Source: an uncultured delta proteobacterium (lineage in GTDB: Bacteria; Desulfobacterota; Binatia; HRBIN30; BPIQ01). Taken from it: DNA of 64,000 bases. Under the pieces are notes generated by a model that was not told the DNA's origin, did no database searches, and saw only the letters and a program-made list of their open reading frames with translations. Shown piece after piece: positions 1 through 9,455 of this stretch. The translations under genes and the position numbers were made by a program. The first letter of the stretch is position 1. Each line of letters starts with the position of its first letter. The stretch is from contig CAVXGR010000008.1 in the NCBI GenBank assembly GCA_963761335.1, positions 10,635 through 74,634 on the forward strand, read 5' to 3'.

Positions 1-1
1 C

Positions 2-112
2 GGTCTCTACGCGCGCTACGGCTTCGCCGCGCCTGCACACCCGCAGCGCTGGATGGAACGCCGCGACCCCGACCCGCAGGGACGCACCTGGCGAGAGCCG
101 GCGGCGAAGTAG
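2..112 (+). CDS. GNAT N-acetyltransferase, C-terminal part (cut by window edge)
   Basis: Frame 2 reads GLYARYGFAAPAHPQRWMER...*; LYxxxGF is the GNAT C-terminal motif. Confidence 0.65.
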   Translation, partial: GLYARYGFAAPAHPQRWMERRDPDPQGRTWREPAAK

Positions 113-149
113 GGTCTGGCTACAGGGACCTGGATTCCCAATTCTGTCG

Positions 150-290
150 TTCTCCATTCTCATTCCCGGTTCTCATCCCGTCGTTTTCCATTGTTCCGAG
201 AGCTGAGTAGGAGCCAGCTGCATAGGTTACTCGCGGCTGTCAGAGCGAATGGAAAACGACGGGATGAGAACCGGGAATGAGAATGGAGAA
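150..290. repeat. Family A palindromic element, copy 1
   Basis: Perfect 43-bp inverted repeat, 150-192 vs 248-290 (TTCTCCATTCTCATTCCCGGTTCTCATCCCGTCGTTTTCCATT), around a 55-nt core. Confidence 0.9.
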
Positions 291-377
291 TGAGGAGAGG
301 AACTTGTAGTTCTTTGGCTCCCCCGACCAGGTGCCGCCGCTGGCCGGGTTCTCCTGTCGAGCCGCGACGTCCAGATC

Positions 378-1799
378 TCACGACCGCCGCAGCACCGACT
401 GCGCGGCGTTGAAGCCGCACATGCCGTGAACCGCGCCGCCGGGGGGAGTGGAGGCGGAGCAGAGGAAGAGGCCTCTGACCGGCGTGGCGTAGGGATCGAG
501 TGCCGGCACGGGGCGGAAGAAGAACTGCCGCAGGTCCTGCACGCCGCCGTTGATGTCGCCGCCGACCAGGTTGGGGTTGTGCGCCTCGAGCTCCTTGGTG
601 TTGAACGTGTGGCGGGCGAGGATGATCTCGCGGAAGCCGGGAGCGAAGCGCTCCACCTGGCGCTCGATCGCCGCTGTCCGGTCTTCCGTCGAGCCGTGGG
701 GAACGTGGCAGTATGCCCAGGCGGTGTGCCTCCCCTCCGGGGCGCGTGTCGAATCGAAGAGCGACGGCTGCGCCAGAATGATGTAGGGGCGCTCGTCCGG
801 CCGGCCGTACCAGGCGGCGCGCGCCGAGGCGGCGGTCTCGGCGCTGCTGGCGCCGAGGTGGATCGTTCCGGCGCGCCGACACTCGGGGGCCGCCCAGGGA
901 ATCGGCTCGCGCAGTGCCCAGTCGATCTTGAAGACACCGGGCGCATAGCGATAGGCGGAGAGCTGTTTGCGGTAGCGCTCCGGCAAGCGGTCTCCGCCGA
1001 TCGCCAGGACCTGCCTCGGCGTCAGGTCGAGGAGCATGGCGCGCGCCTCGTCGAGCAGTGTCAGATCCCGAATCGGCTCGCCGGTGCGGATCTTGCCGCC
1101 GCGGGCGCGCAGCACTCCTGCCAGGGCGTCGGCAATCGCCTGTGAGCCGCCGCGGGGGATCGGCCAGCCGGCGCCGTGACCCGCCACCGCGAGCATGATG
1201 CCGAAGGCCGCGGAAGGAGAGCGCTCCATGGGCAACAGAACGTGGCTGGCGATGCCGAGGAAGAAGGCCCGCGCCCGGTCGGAGCGAAAGCAGAGGCGAG
1301 CCAGGGTGGCCGCCGGCGGCAGGCCGAGAAGTCCGAGCCGGGCCATCAGCAGCGGATGCCGGATGAGGTGAAAGGGCGGAGATAGCGCCTCGCCGATCAC
1401 CTGCTCCCAGTGGCGCGCGAACGGCTCGATCAGCCGCCGGTATGCAGCCGCGTCCTTACCGCCGAGGCTGTCGGCGGTGGCGGCGGTCGAGCGCTCGAGG
1501 ACAGCGGCCGTACCGTCGTCGAAGGGGTGCGCCATGAGAATCGGCGGATGAATCCATTCGAGCCCGTGCTCGGCGAGCGGCAGCGTGCGAAAGAACGGAG
1601 ATGCAGCCGCCATCGGGTGAACCGCCGAGCACACGTCGTGGCGAAATCCCGGGAGCGTCAGCGCCTCGGTCCGCGTGCCGCCGCCGATGTGATCCGCCGC
1701 TTCGTACAGCTCGACGCGGTGCCCGGCCCCCGCCAGGGCCACGGCCGCGGACAGGCCGTTGGGACCGGCACCGGCAATGATCGTGCTTTGCTCCGTCAC
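378..1799 (-). CDS. FAD-dependent oxidoreductase, phytoene dehydrogenase-like
   Basis: GAGPNGL Rossmann motif, HDVCSAVHP, C-terminal STPPGGAVHGMCG. Confidence 0.9.
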   Translation of the reverse strand: MTEQSTIIAGAGPNGLSAAVALAGAGHRVELYEAADHIGGGTRTEALTLPGFRHDVCSAVHPMAAASPFFRTLPLAEHGLEWIHPPILMAHPFDDGTAAVLERSTAATADSLGGKDAAAYRRLIEPFARHWEQVIGEALSPPFHLIRHPLLMARLGLLGLPPAATLARLCFRSDRARAFFLGIASHVLLPMERSPSAAFGIMLAVAGHGAGWPIPRGGSQAIADALAGVLRARGGKIRTGEPIRDLTLLDEARAMLLDLTPRQVLAIGGDRLPERYRKQLSAYRYAPGVFKIDWALREPIPWAAPECRRAGTIHLGASSAETAASARAAWYGRPDERPYIILAQPSLFDSTRAPEGRHTAWAYCHVPHGSTEDRTAAIERQVERFAPGFREIILARHTFNTKELEAHNPNLVGGDINGGVQDLRQFFFRPVPALDPYATPVRGLFLCSASTPPGGAVHGMCGFNAAQSVLRRS

Positions 1800-1810
1800 T
1801 CAGCGCTCCG

Positions 1811-1839
1811 CGTCCTTCTTTCTCCCTTCTGAGATATCC
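1811..1839. repeat. 29-bp direct repeat, copy 1 (copy 2 at 3067-3095)
   Basis: CGTCCTTCTTTCTCCCTTCTGAG[A/G]TATCC, 28/29 identical. Confidence 0.85.
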
Positions 1840-1994
1840 GCCCGCCTACCGCAAACACAATGCTGCTGGCGTGCGTCTGCCGGCAGGTGAGGCTCCCCGT
1901 GAGCTCCCCTGCGAACGGGGAGCAGTGTCTAAGTTGCCCGATGCCGGATATTGACAAGCACGATTGTGGTCAATCTGGCCGCTGTGGGCGTGGG

Positions 1995-2039
1995 CCCCCT
2001 CTCCCGCATTGCCCGCGGGAGAGGGCGGGGGCGAGGGTA
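1995..2039. repeat. CCCTCTCCC...GGGAGAGGG hairpin repeat (family E)
   Basis: Same hairpin occurs twice at 20664-20802. Confidence 0.7.
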
Positions 2040-2407
2040 CCGATCTCTTTGAAGGCCGCGACGATCCGCGAGCCTTCAGTGAGAAGAATCTCGGAAAGGC
2101 GTTGAAGAAGCTCCATACGGAGGGCGTGATCGAGGGGCGACTCTATGAGTGGGCCGAGGCGCTGCGGGGCGATGGAAATCTTGCGGCGCACGACCCGAAA
2201 GCCCGCATCAGTCGCGAGGACGCAACGGACCTTGTTGACTTCGCGGAGGCCCTGCTGGACGCGGTGTTGGTGTTGCACGAACGCTTTGAGGGGTACAAGA
2301 AACGATGGGCGGAGTGCGGAAAGGAGGAAAAGAAAATGACAAAGGGGGAGGCGAGTGGCCTCGCCCAAAGTCCAAAACCCTCGAGAGGTCGTCGCAATAG
2401 TGGCTGA
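2040..2407 (+). pseudogene. DUF4145 (HEPN-like) protein fragment without a credible N-terminus
   Basis: LYEWAEALRGDGNLAAH (Rx3NxAAH); the upstream part of the ORF is translated repeat sequence. Confidence 0.6.
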
Positions 2408-2445
2408 TTCCCCATCCACGCGTGGCGCCAGAAAATTACGACCGC

Positions 2446-3030
2446 TCAGCGATTGAGCAGCATCAGAAGTACAAACAACCCGGCAGCGATGATGGCGAGG
2501 GCACGCCAGGTGGTACTCTCAGTGCGCAGCTCAGGTAGGTTGCTGGACTCGCTCTGTACGCGATCAAGCTGGGCTTCGACCTCGACACCCTCCTCGGTGT
2601 CTTCTGCGTGCGGCTCTTCTCTCCACTGGTCACCGATGACATCGGTCCACATCGAGTCGAGCAGGTCTTTTGCCTCCCGCTCGTACTCGGCGTCCACGTA
2701 GATTGATACCGGCAGGGTGACGGCGAGTGGCTCGCCGTGGTCGTGGTCGTCGTCGGGAAGGCAGAGGCGGCGGATGTCGTCGCACTCGAGCAGGCAGGGG
2801 ATACCCGCGAGGTTGAGCACCTTCGCCACGACGTCCGCCTGTGCGCCGGGGAGGCGGGCGAGCAGGCGATTGTAGTGATATTCGTCTTCGCCGGTGACAG
2901 TGACTTGGTGCGCCTTGGCAGGCTGCTCGGAAAGCGGACCGGCCGCGAGCGGCCCGCCACAGTCGGTGCAGGCGGAGATGCCGGCGACAAACTCGGTGTG
3001 GCAGGACTCGCAGTGCTGGAAGTCGCTCAT
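2446..3030 (-). CDS. Hypothetical protein with N-terminal zinc ribbon and C-terminal TM helix
   Basis: MSDFQHCESC...CTDCGGPL; AAAGGA upstream; hydrophobic C-terminus. Confidence 0.7.
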   Translation of the reverse strand: MSDFQHCESCHTEFVAGISACTDCGGPLAAGPLSEQPAKAHQVTVTGEDEYHYNRLLARLPGAQADVVAKVLNLAGIPCLLECDDIRRLCLPDDDHDHGEPLAVTLPVSIYVDAEYEREAKDLLDSMWTDVIGDQWREEPHAEDTEEGVEVEAQLDRVQSESSNLPELRTESTTWRALAIIAAGLFVLLMLLNR

Positions 3031-3066
3031 CGCCCGTCCTTTGATCTCCTCAAAGCTCGACGGTCT

Positions 3067-3095
3067 CGTCCTTCTTTCTCCCTTCTGAGGTATCC
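3067..3095. repeat. 29-bp direct repeat, copy 2
   Basis: Matches 1811-1839. Confidence 0.85.
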
Positions 3096-3113
3096 TCCTG
3101 CGTGCTGCAACCC

Positions 3114-3372
3114 GCTGACCAAGGAGAGGAACGCAAAGGCGCGAAGGCGCAAAGAGGTTCGGATCTCGGAATGTGACACCGACAATTGTCGCGAGGCGCG
3201 ATCCGATGCCGCAGCGCTTCAGGTTGGCAGTGACGGCTTTGCGCCTTGGCGCCTTGGCGTTGATTGTCTCGGGCGCAGGAAGCTCAGCCCGTGGGCTCCG
3301 TGTGGGCGCCGGCTGAGCAAAGAGAGAGGAACGCAAAGGCGCGAAGGCGCAAAGAGGTTCGGATCTCGGAAG
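3114..3372. repeat. Family B REP/BIME-like element (L-R-L)
   Basis: ACGCAAAGGCGCGAAGGCGCAAAGAGGTTCGG at 3131 and 3331; inverted CTTTGCGCCTTGGCGCCTTGGCGT at about 3237. Confidence 0.85.
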
Positions 3373-3385
3373 GTGCGAACGCGAG

Positions 3386-5326
3386 CTACCCGAAGATCAG
3401 CCCGAGAATCTCGTTGAGATCCGCCTCGTCGACGCGCCCATCCTCGTTGGCGTCTTCGCCGCACCCCAGGGAGACCCCCGAGTCAATGACGCCGATGACG
3501 GCGACCACGTCGGCGGCGCTGACGACGCCGTCGCAGTTGGCGTCACCGGGCGCGCCGGGGGCCGGGGAGCCCGTCGGCGAGACGATCGCCGTCTCGGTCG
3601 GTGTTCCGGCCGTTGCCGGTGGCGGTGTCTGGCTCGGAGTCGCGGAGGGCGTCGCGGTCTGCGGCGTGCTCGCCTCGGTCGGCAACGTGGATGCGGTCGC
3701 CGAAGGCGAGGCCGTATACGTGGTCGGCGTCGGGCTTCCACTGGCGGCCGCCGTGGCCGTGAGCGTCGAGGTCGCGGTCGCCGTGGGCGATCCCGCAACG
3801 GTGCGCGTTGCCGTTGCGGTCGGTGCGGCGCTCGGTGTGCTGGTCGCTGTCGGCGTTCCGGTGGCGCTGGGAGTGTGGCTCGGTGTCCGAGTCTCGGTCT
3901 CCGTCGGCGTCGCAGTCCAGGCCGGGGTTGCGGTCCTAGTCGGTGTCGCTGTCAGCAGTGGGATCGGCATCTGAGCGATGGACGCGGTCTCGAGCAGTCG
4001 CGGCGTACCATCGTTCAAGACGAGGAACCCGCGCACGTCGGCGGGGCTGCCGTCGAACACGAAACGGCAGTAGGCGCCGAGGACGGACTGGGTACTGGTC
4101 AACAGACGCCGAGTATGACCGGCATCAATGGTCGCCTGCTGGCTGTCCATGAGGCTCCCCGTGTTGTCGAGCAGCGCCGCCGCGATGGCGACCGGCGCGG
4201 CGCTGAGGTTCAGCGCCCAGCACTCGAGGTCACTGCCCTCGACGTTGCGGACGGCCGCTGTGAAGCTGGTGGCGTTGATCCCGGAGGGGCCGCCGGTCGC
4301 GGTGGCGGGCTGGAGCAAGCGCGTGCCTCCACCGGCGGGTTCGGTGAAGACCAGGAAAGTCTGTACACGGTGCTGTTTGACGCCGAAGGTAAACCGGCAC
4401 GACACCGGCGCCGTCGATTCCTCCGTTGAGTTGACGACGTATTCGACGTTCCCCGGGGGCAGCATGGCCGCCGCGGCGTCGATCAGGACGCCGTCGGCGT
4501 CGAGCAGCTCGGCGTCGACGAGAACGGTTGCGTCGCCCAGATTCTGCGCCGCGCAGCGCACCGCGCCACCGGTCGTCGCGACGGCGGGTGTATACAGGGG
4601 GGAAGTGGCCGCCTCGTGGCTCTCCGACGCCGGGGCGAGGAACCGGGTGTTGCCGCCCATCGCCCCCGAGATCCTGACGTAGCCGCGCACCTCGACCGGG
4701 TTCCCGTCGAACGTGAACTTGCAGTACGTCGACATGGCGGGATCGGTGGCGCTGACGAGGGTGGTCACCTGCCCCGCGGCGACGTGGAGCGTCGTCTCGG
4801 CCACCAGCGCATCGATGCTGTTGCGAAGTTGCGCCGTCACCTGCACGGGCGCGTCGGACAGGTTCTGCACGACGCAGGCGACGAGATCGTCGGGTCCGCT
4901 CAGCACCGGTGGCGAGTAGGTGACGACGTCGGGTCGCGGCGCGCCGCGGACCTCGGCTGCCGGGTAGAGCAGCCGGGTGTTGCTGCCGGCCGCGTCGGTG
5001 AGGCGAATGAAGCCGCGCACCGCGGCGTCATCGCCGTCGAACTCGAACTCGCAGTAGCCGCCGGAAACGGGGGCACTGCTGTTGGTCAGCGAGAAAGCCC
5101 GCCCCGGCAGCACGTCGAACGAGAAGGTGTCCAGCGCCGCGCCGGACTCATCGCGAAGCACGGTGGCGACCTCGACGCCGAAGCTGCCGTGGTTCTGCAC
5201 GAAGCAGGCGAGCGAGTCGCCCTCGCTGTTGCGCACGGGTGCTGAGAAGGTCGTCGTCGCTTGCGCCGGTCTCTCGGCCAACAGAAGCAGAACGACCGCG
5301 GCGCGAAGCCAAGCGCGCGGTCTCAT
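3386..5326 (-). CDS. Secreted protein: four ~105-aa repeats, PT-rich linker, C-terminal dockerin-like domain
   Basis: Signal peptide ending AQA; repeated CxxQN...YCxFxFDG...VRGF...TRLL units; GDANCDGVVSAAD...DANEDGRVDEADL; start codon uncertain. Confidence 0.85.
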   Translation of the reverse strand: MRPRAWLRAAVVLLLLAERPAQATTTFSAPVRNSEGDSLACFVQNHGSFGVEVATVLRDESGAALDTFSFDVLPGRAFSLTNSSAPVSGGYCEFEFDGDDAAVRGFIRLTDAAGSNTRLLYPAAEVRGAPRPDVVTYSPPVLSGPDDLVACVVQNLSDAPVQVTAQLRNSIDALVAETTLHVAAGQVTTLVSATDPAMSTYCKFTFDGNPVEVRGYVRISGAMGGNTRFLAPASESHEAATSPLYTPAVATTGGAVRCAAQNLGDATVLVDAELLDADGVLIDAAAAMLPPGNVEYVVNSTEESTAPVSCRFTFGVKQHRVQTFLVFTEPAGGGTRLLQPATATGGPSGINATSFTAAVRNVEGSDLECWALNLSAAPVAIAAALLDNTGSLMDSQQATIDAGHTRRLLTSTQSVLGAYCRFVFDGSPADVRGFLVLNDGTPRLLETASIAQMPIPLLTATPTRTATPAWTATPTETETRTPSHTPSATGTPTATSTPSAAPTATATRTVAGSPTATATSTLTATAAASGSPTPTTYTASPSATASTLPTEASTPQTATPSATPSQTPPPATAGTPTETAIVSPTGSPAPGAPGDANCDGVVSAADVVAVIGVIDSGVSLGCGEDANEDGRVDEADLNEILGLIFG

Positions 5327-5751
5327 GTGAGCGCGCGCTCGCCGCTCAGCGGCCTCCGTACCGGGGGTCGTCCCAGCATACATCGCCTTGCGCAGCACCG
5401 CGGTCCTCTAGCGCGCGCGCTCGCTCGGGGTCAAATCGGAGCGCGCCGAAGCGCGCACCGTGATGTCGGCTTCGGACGCACAACTGCAAACGATCGCCAT
5501 CGAGGTCCGCGATCGCCGGGCTCGTCAGGGCCGAATTATTCGGCGCGAGCGCTCGCTTCGGAAAGCCGGGAACGACGCCGACGGAGTCCATGAAGTCGGG
5601 CCAAGAAATCGGGCGAAAGCTGGGTCTCCGAGCCGGACGAGCCGAGAAAGTCGGCGCTCGTCCCTGCTCCGCGGCTTGGCCGGAGCTGCCCGCGGCGATA
5701 TGTTCTGGAAACGGGTGCACCGACGTTCTTCAGCCCGCAAACGAAGGAGCG

Positions 5752-6522
5752 ATGATGGGAGCAGTGGCGATCAGCGGGGCGGCATCGGGCATCGGACGGG
5801 CGGCGCGCCAACGGCTCGAGCAGGCAGGACACCAGGTGCTGGGGATCGACCTGCACGGGGTCGAGATCGCGGCCGACCTGTCGACGCCGCACGGCCGGCG
5901 CACCGCGGTGGCCGAGGTGCGGGAACGCACCGGCGGCAAGCTCGACGGGCTGGTGGCCTGCGCCGGTCTCGGCCCGCAGTGCGCCGATCGCCCGCAGGTC
6001 GTTGCCGTCAACTACTTCGGCGCCGTCGCGCTGCTCGAAGGACTGTGCGACTGTCTCGCCGCCGCCGCGCCGTCGGCCGCCGTGGCCATCTCCTCCAACT
6101 CGTCGACGATCCCCAACATGGAGACGCCACTGGTCACCGCCTGCCTGGAGGGCGACGAGGCAAGAGCGCGGAGGCTCGCCGCCGATCTCGGCGGAACGCA
6201 GGTCTACGCCGGCTCGAAGCTGGCGCTCGCCCGCTGGGTGCGTCGCCACGCAACAAAGCCCGAGTGGGCCGGGGCCGGCGTTCGCCTGAACGCCGTCGCC
6301 CCGGGAGCGACTCTGACCCCGCTGCTCCAGGAAGGGCTCGACGACCCGCTCTACGGCGATGCAATCCGCAACTTCCCGGTGCCGCTCGGCGCCTTCGGCC
6401 GCCCGGAGCAGATTGCCGATGCGATCGCGTTTCTGCTCGGCCCCGAGTCGTCCTTCTGCTGCGGCAGCGTGCTCTTCGTCGACGGCGGCTCCGACGCGCT
6501 CATCCGGCCGGATACCTATTGA
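5752..6522 (+). CDS. SDR oxidoreductase, 3-alpha-HSD-like
   Basis: SGAASGIG, YAGSK, VNYFG, GAAGGAG RBS. Confidence 0.9.
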   Translation: MMGAVAISGAASGIGRAARQRLEQAGHQVLGIDLHGVEIAADLSTPHGRRTAVAEVRERTGGKLDGLVACAGLGPQCADRPQVVAVNYFGAVALLEGLCDCLAAAAPSAAVAISSNSSTIPNMETPLVTACLEGDEARARRLAADLGGTQVYAGSKLALARWVRRHATKPEWAGAGVRLNAVAPGATLTPLLQEGLDDPLYGDAIRNFPVPLGAFGRPEQIADAIAFLLGPESSFCCGSVLFVDGGSDALIRPDTY

Positions 6523-6628
6523 ATCGGTGATCAGCTGTCAGTGGTCGGTTTCAGTTACTGGATTGCGGCGGATGCGAGGTTGACCGTCCCGCGGATCAGC
6601 GGCAGGCTGCGACCCCTGCGAGGCGACC

Positions 6629-7378
6629 ATGGCGAGTCCGGTCAAGATCATCGGCAGCTATCTCTCTCCCTACGTCCGCAAGGTGCTCGTGGTGCTCCAT
6701 CTCAAGGGCATCGCCTACGAGATCGATCCGATCATTCCCTTCATGGGTGACCAGCGCTTCTCGCAGCTCAGCCCTGTCCGGCGCATCCCGGTGCTGATCG
6801 ATGATCAGGTGACGCTCGCCGACTCCACGGTGATCTGCGAATACCTGGAGGAGCGTCATCCGGCGCGGGCACTCTACCCGCGGGACATCGTGCGCCGCGC
6901 GCGAGCCCGCTGGCTGGAAGAGTTTGCCGACACCCGCATGGGCGACGTGTTCATCTGGCAGCTGTTCAATCAGGTCGCCATCAACCCGTTCGTATGGGGC
7001 CAGAAGACGGACGAGACGGCGTTGCACAGGACGCTGACGGAGGAGATCCCGCGGGTGCTCGACTACCTGGAGGCGGAGCTGCCGGCGCAGGGCTTCCTCT
7101 TCGGCGACGTCTCGGTCGCCGACATCGGTATCGCTGTCTTCTTCCGCAACGCGAGCTTCGCCCGCTATCAGGTCGCCGCCGGCCGCTGGCCGCGGACGGC
7201 GGCGTTCGTGCAACGGGTGCTGGCGCTCGAGTGCTTCGAGCGGCTCAAACCGTTCGAGGATCGCCTGCTGCGCACGCCGATCCCGCGGCACCGCGAGGTG
7301 CTCGCCGAGATGGGGGCGCCCCTCATGGCGGAGAGCTACGGGACGAGCACCCCGCACCGCGGCGTCATGCGGATTTGA
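6629..7378 (+). CDS. Glutathione S-transferase family protein
   Basis: SPYVRKV, RIPVL, LADSTVICEYLEE. Confidence 0.9.
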   Translation: MASPVKIIGSYLSPYVRKVLVVLHLKGIAYEIDPIIPFMGDQRFSQLSPVRRIPVLIDDQVTLADSTVICEYLEERHPARALYPRDIVRRARARWLEEFADTRMGDVFIWQLFNQVAINPFVWGQKTDETALHRTLTEEIPRVLDYLEAELPAQGFLFGDVSVADIGIAVFFRNASFARYQVAAGRWPRTAAFVQRVLALECFERLKPFEDRLLRTPIPRHREVLAEMGAPLMAESYGTSTPHRGVMRI

Positions 7379-7490
7379 CGGCGATTGTCGCGAGGCGCGA
7401 TTCGATGCCGCAACGCTTCAGGTCAGCAGTGACGGCTTTGCGCCTTGGCGCCTTGGCGTTGATTGTCTGGCGCGCCGGAAGCTCAGGCCA
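7378..7490. repeat. Family B element, R half
   Basis: Near-identical to about 3181-3288. Confidence 0.85.
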
Positions 7491-7520
7491 TCGCTCCCAG
7501 CGCGCCAGCCAACGTGGCTC

Positions 7521-8336
7521 TCAGGGCCGGGCGATCAGCGCGGCGCCGCAGGAGCCGAGCGAGGCACTGGCAAAGGAGTCGTTCTGCGGCAGCAGCATGC
7601 GGAAGTCGCGCATGTACTGCAGCTCGACGCGCACCGGCCCGGTGACGGCGTCGAGCACGTGACCACCGGCCATCCGGTCGTCGCTGAGAAAGTGGAAATG
7701 GTACCCGGCCGCATTCACCTGGGCCAGGTAGGCGGGCGTGCGGAAGCCGACCATGGTGCCGCGGGCGTCGGTGAGGTCGAAGACCGACTGCTCGGCGACC
7801 GCCTCGGAGAGCGGCGGGTACGGCGTCGACTGGCGAGGGACGCTGCGTGTCTGCATCCAGGGGAACGTCCCCGTCACCTTGAAGGCCACCGGGATGTTGA
7901 ACGTCGACAGCTGCGCGTCGAGAGCCTGCTGCAGCTCGGCGTAGTCCAACGGACCGTCGAGGTTCAGCACCTGATCCGCCACGAAGGTGGTGACCGCGGC
8001 GAAAGGCGTGGTCTCCTCATCGCCGACGTGCTCCGGTATGCCGCCGGTCGGCACGCGAAAGACCTCGCCGTCGAGGATCACCATCTCGCCGTCGAGCGCG
8101 TCAAACGTGCCGAGCCCGAGGTCGCCGTGCTGGCGCAGCTCGCCGATTGTCAGCTCGCCCTCGTAGACGCCGACGCTCAGCGCCCCCAGCGTCGAGGTCT
8201 GGAAGAGCGTGTGCTGTGAGGCGCTGGCGCCGGCGTCGTTGGAGCCGCACCCCGACGCGCACAGCAGCAGCGCCAGCAACAGCGCGCCCACCGTTGCGGA
8301 GCAGGTCGCGGCTCGCCGTGCCGGATGTCGCCTCAT
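7521..8336 (-). CDS. budA: Acetolactate decarboxylase with putative lipoprotein signal peptide
   Basis: GDLGLGTFDALDGEM, TRSVP, GYHFHF...GGHVLD; N-terminal LLLALLLCASGC. Confidence 0.9.
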   Translation of the reverse strand: MRRHPARRAATCSATVGALLLALLLCASGCGSNDAGASASQHTLFQTSTLGALSVGVYEGELTIGELRQHGDLGLGTFDALDGEMVILDGEVFRVPTGGIPEHVGDEETTPFAAVTTFVADQVLNLDGPLDYAELQQALDAQLSTFNIPVAFKVTGTFPWMQTRSVPRQSTPYPPLSEAVAEQSVFDLTDARGTMVGFRTPAYLAQVNAAGYHFHFLSDDRMAGGHVLDAVTGPVRVELQYMRDFRMLLPQNDSFASASLGSCGAALIARP

Positions 8337-8413
8337 CTCCATTCCCCTGATGCCTCTGTGCAGATCATGTCTGATCATATCTCCTCTCGTATGCCCGCGG
8401 GCTTGTGGACGCG

Positions 8414-8480
8414 GCTGACCAGCAAGATGAACGCAAAGGCGCGAAGGCGCAAAGAGGTTCGGCTCTCGGAACGTGACGCG
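8414..8480. repeat. Family B element, L half
   Basis: GCTGACC...ACGCAAAGGCGCGAAGGCGCAAAGAGGTTCGG, matches 3114-3180. Confidence 0.85.
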
Positions 8481-8516
8481 GGGAAACCGGGGCGGGCCTC
8501 TCCGCTCGTCGGGGGG

Positions 8517-9080
8517 TTACGGTGACGCCCGCCACTCCTGGCGGCGCAGGCGATAGAGAACATGGCGGCGCAGCGGGTGACCTTCGGGAAGAGATGGATG
8601 CTCGAAGTCGTCGGCGGGGTCGCGGTGCATGCCGAGGCGCTCCATCACCCTGCGGGATCGCGAATTGGCAACCACGGTGAAGGACACCACCTCGTCGAGG
8701 TGCAGGCGCGCGAAGGCGAAGCCGAGCGCCGCTCGCGCTCCCTCGGTGGCGTAGCCGCGGCCCCAGTGCTCGGCGGCGAGCCTCCAGCCGATCTCTATGC
8801 AGGGGGTGAAGTGGGCTTCGAAACCGGGTACCGCGAGGCCGACGAAGCCGGCGAAATCCGCGATCCCCGGAACCTCCACCGCCCACAAGCCGAAGCCGCG
8901 CGCCGTGAGGTTCTGCGAGATCCGCGTCGCCAGGGCGTCGCTCTCCGAGCGGGAGAGCGCCTCCGGGAAGTGTTCCATCACCCGCGCGTCGGCGTTGAGG
9001 CGCGCGAACGGCTCGAGATCGGCGGCGCGCCAGGCGCGCAGCCGCAGCCGATCGGTGCGCAGCTCGGGGATGTCCTGCAT
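8517..9080 (-). CDS. GNAT N-acetyltransferase, RimJ/RimL family
   Basis: EIGWRL...WGRGYATE, NxxSRRVMERLGM. Confidence 0.92.
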   Translation of the reverse strand: MQDIPELRTDRLRLRAWRAADLEPFARLNADARVMEHFPEALSRSESDALATRISQNLTARGFGLWAVEVPGIADFAGFVGLAVPGFEAHFTPCIEIGWRLAAEHWGRGYATEGARAALGFAFARLHLDEVVSFTVVANSRSRRVMERLGMHRDPADDFEHPSLPEGHPLRRHVLYRLRRQEWRASP

Positions 9081-9241
9081 GGCGGCGGGAGGATATCACG
9101 GGTGGGCCCATCCCCGATGCGGACGACCGGGTATCTGGGAGCGCGTCCATCTTGGCAGCGCTCCGTGCGCGCCGAGAGGGCTCTCGTCTCTCTCTTTGCC
9201 CTTGCCTTCGCAGGTGACTCTGGGGTATTGCTGCGGAGAAT

Positions 9242-9337
9242 ATGATCTCCGCAAACGGCGCCATGGCTCTCCCCCGCAGCGAGCGGTCCCTGCTCGTAGT
9301 GGTGGTGGTGTGCGTGCTCGAGGCCGTCGCGCCATAG
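9242..9337 (+). CDS. ilvB leader (attenuator) peptide, 31 aa
   Basis: MISANGAMALPRSERSLLVVVVVCVLEAVAP*; Val/Leu run ahead of a terminator, analogous to E. coli ivbL. Confidence 0.85.
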   Translation: MISANGAMALPRSERSLLVVVVVCVLEAVAP

Positions 9338-9359
9338 CGGGGATGAAGTAGAGAGATCC

Positions 9360-9401
9360 GAAACCCCTGCCGGCGCGAGCCGGCGGGGGTTTCGTCGTTT
9401 T
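9360..9401 (+). terminator. Attenuator terminator hairpin
   Basis: GAAACCCCTGCCGGC-GCGA-GCCGGCGGGGGTTTC then GTCGTTTT. Confidence 0.85.
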
Positions 9402-9455
9402 GGAACCCTCTTCCGGCCCCCGGCGGCAGCGAGACGAAGAGAGGAGAGGGAATCC

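Noticed and set aside
150..290. Family A elements as integron attC sites
   Set aside because: No RYYYAAC/GTTRRRY core sites at the ends, and copies flank core genes
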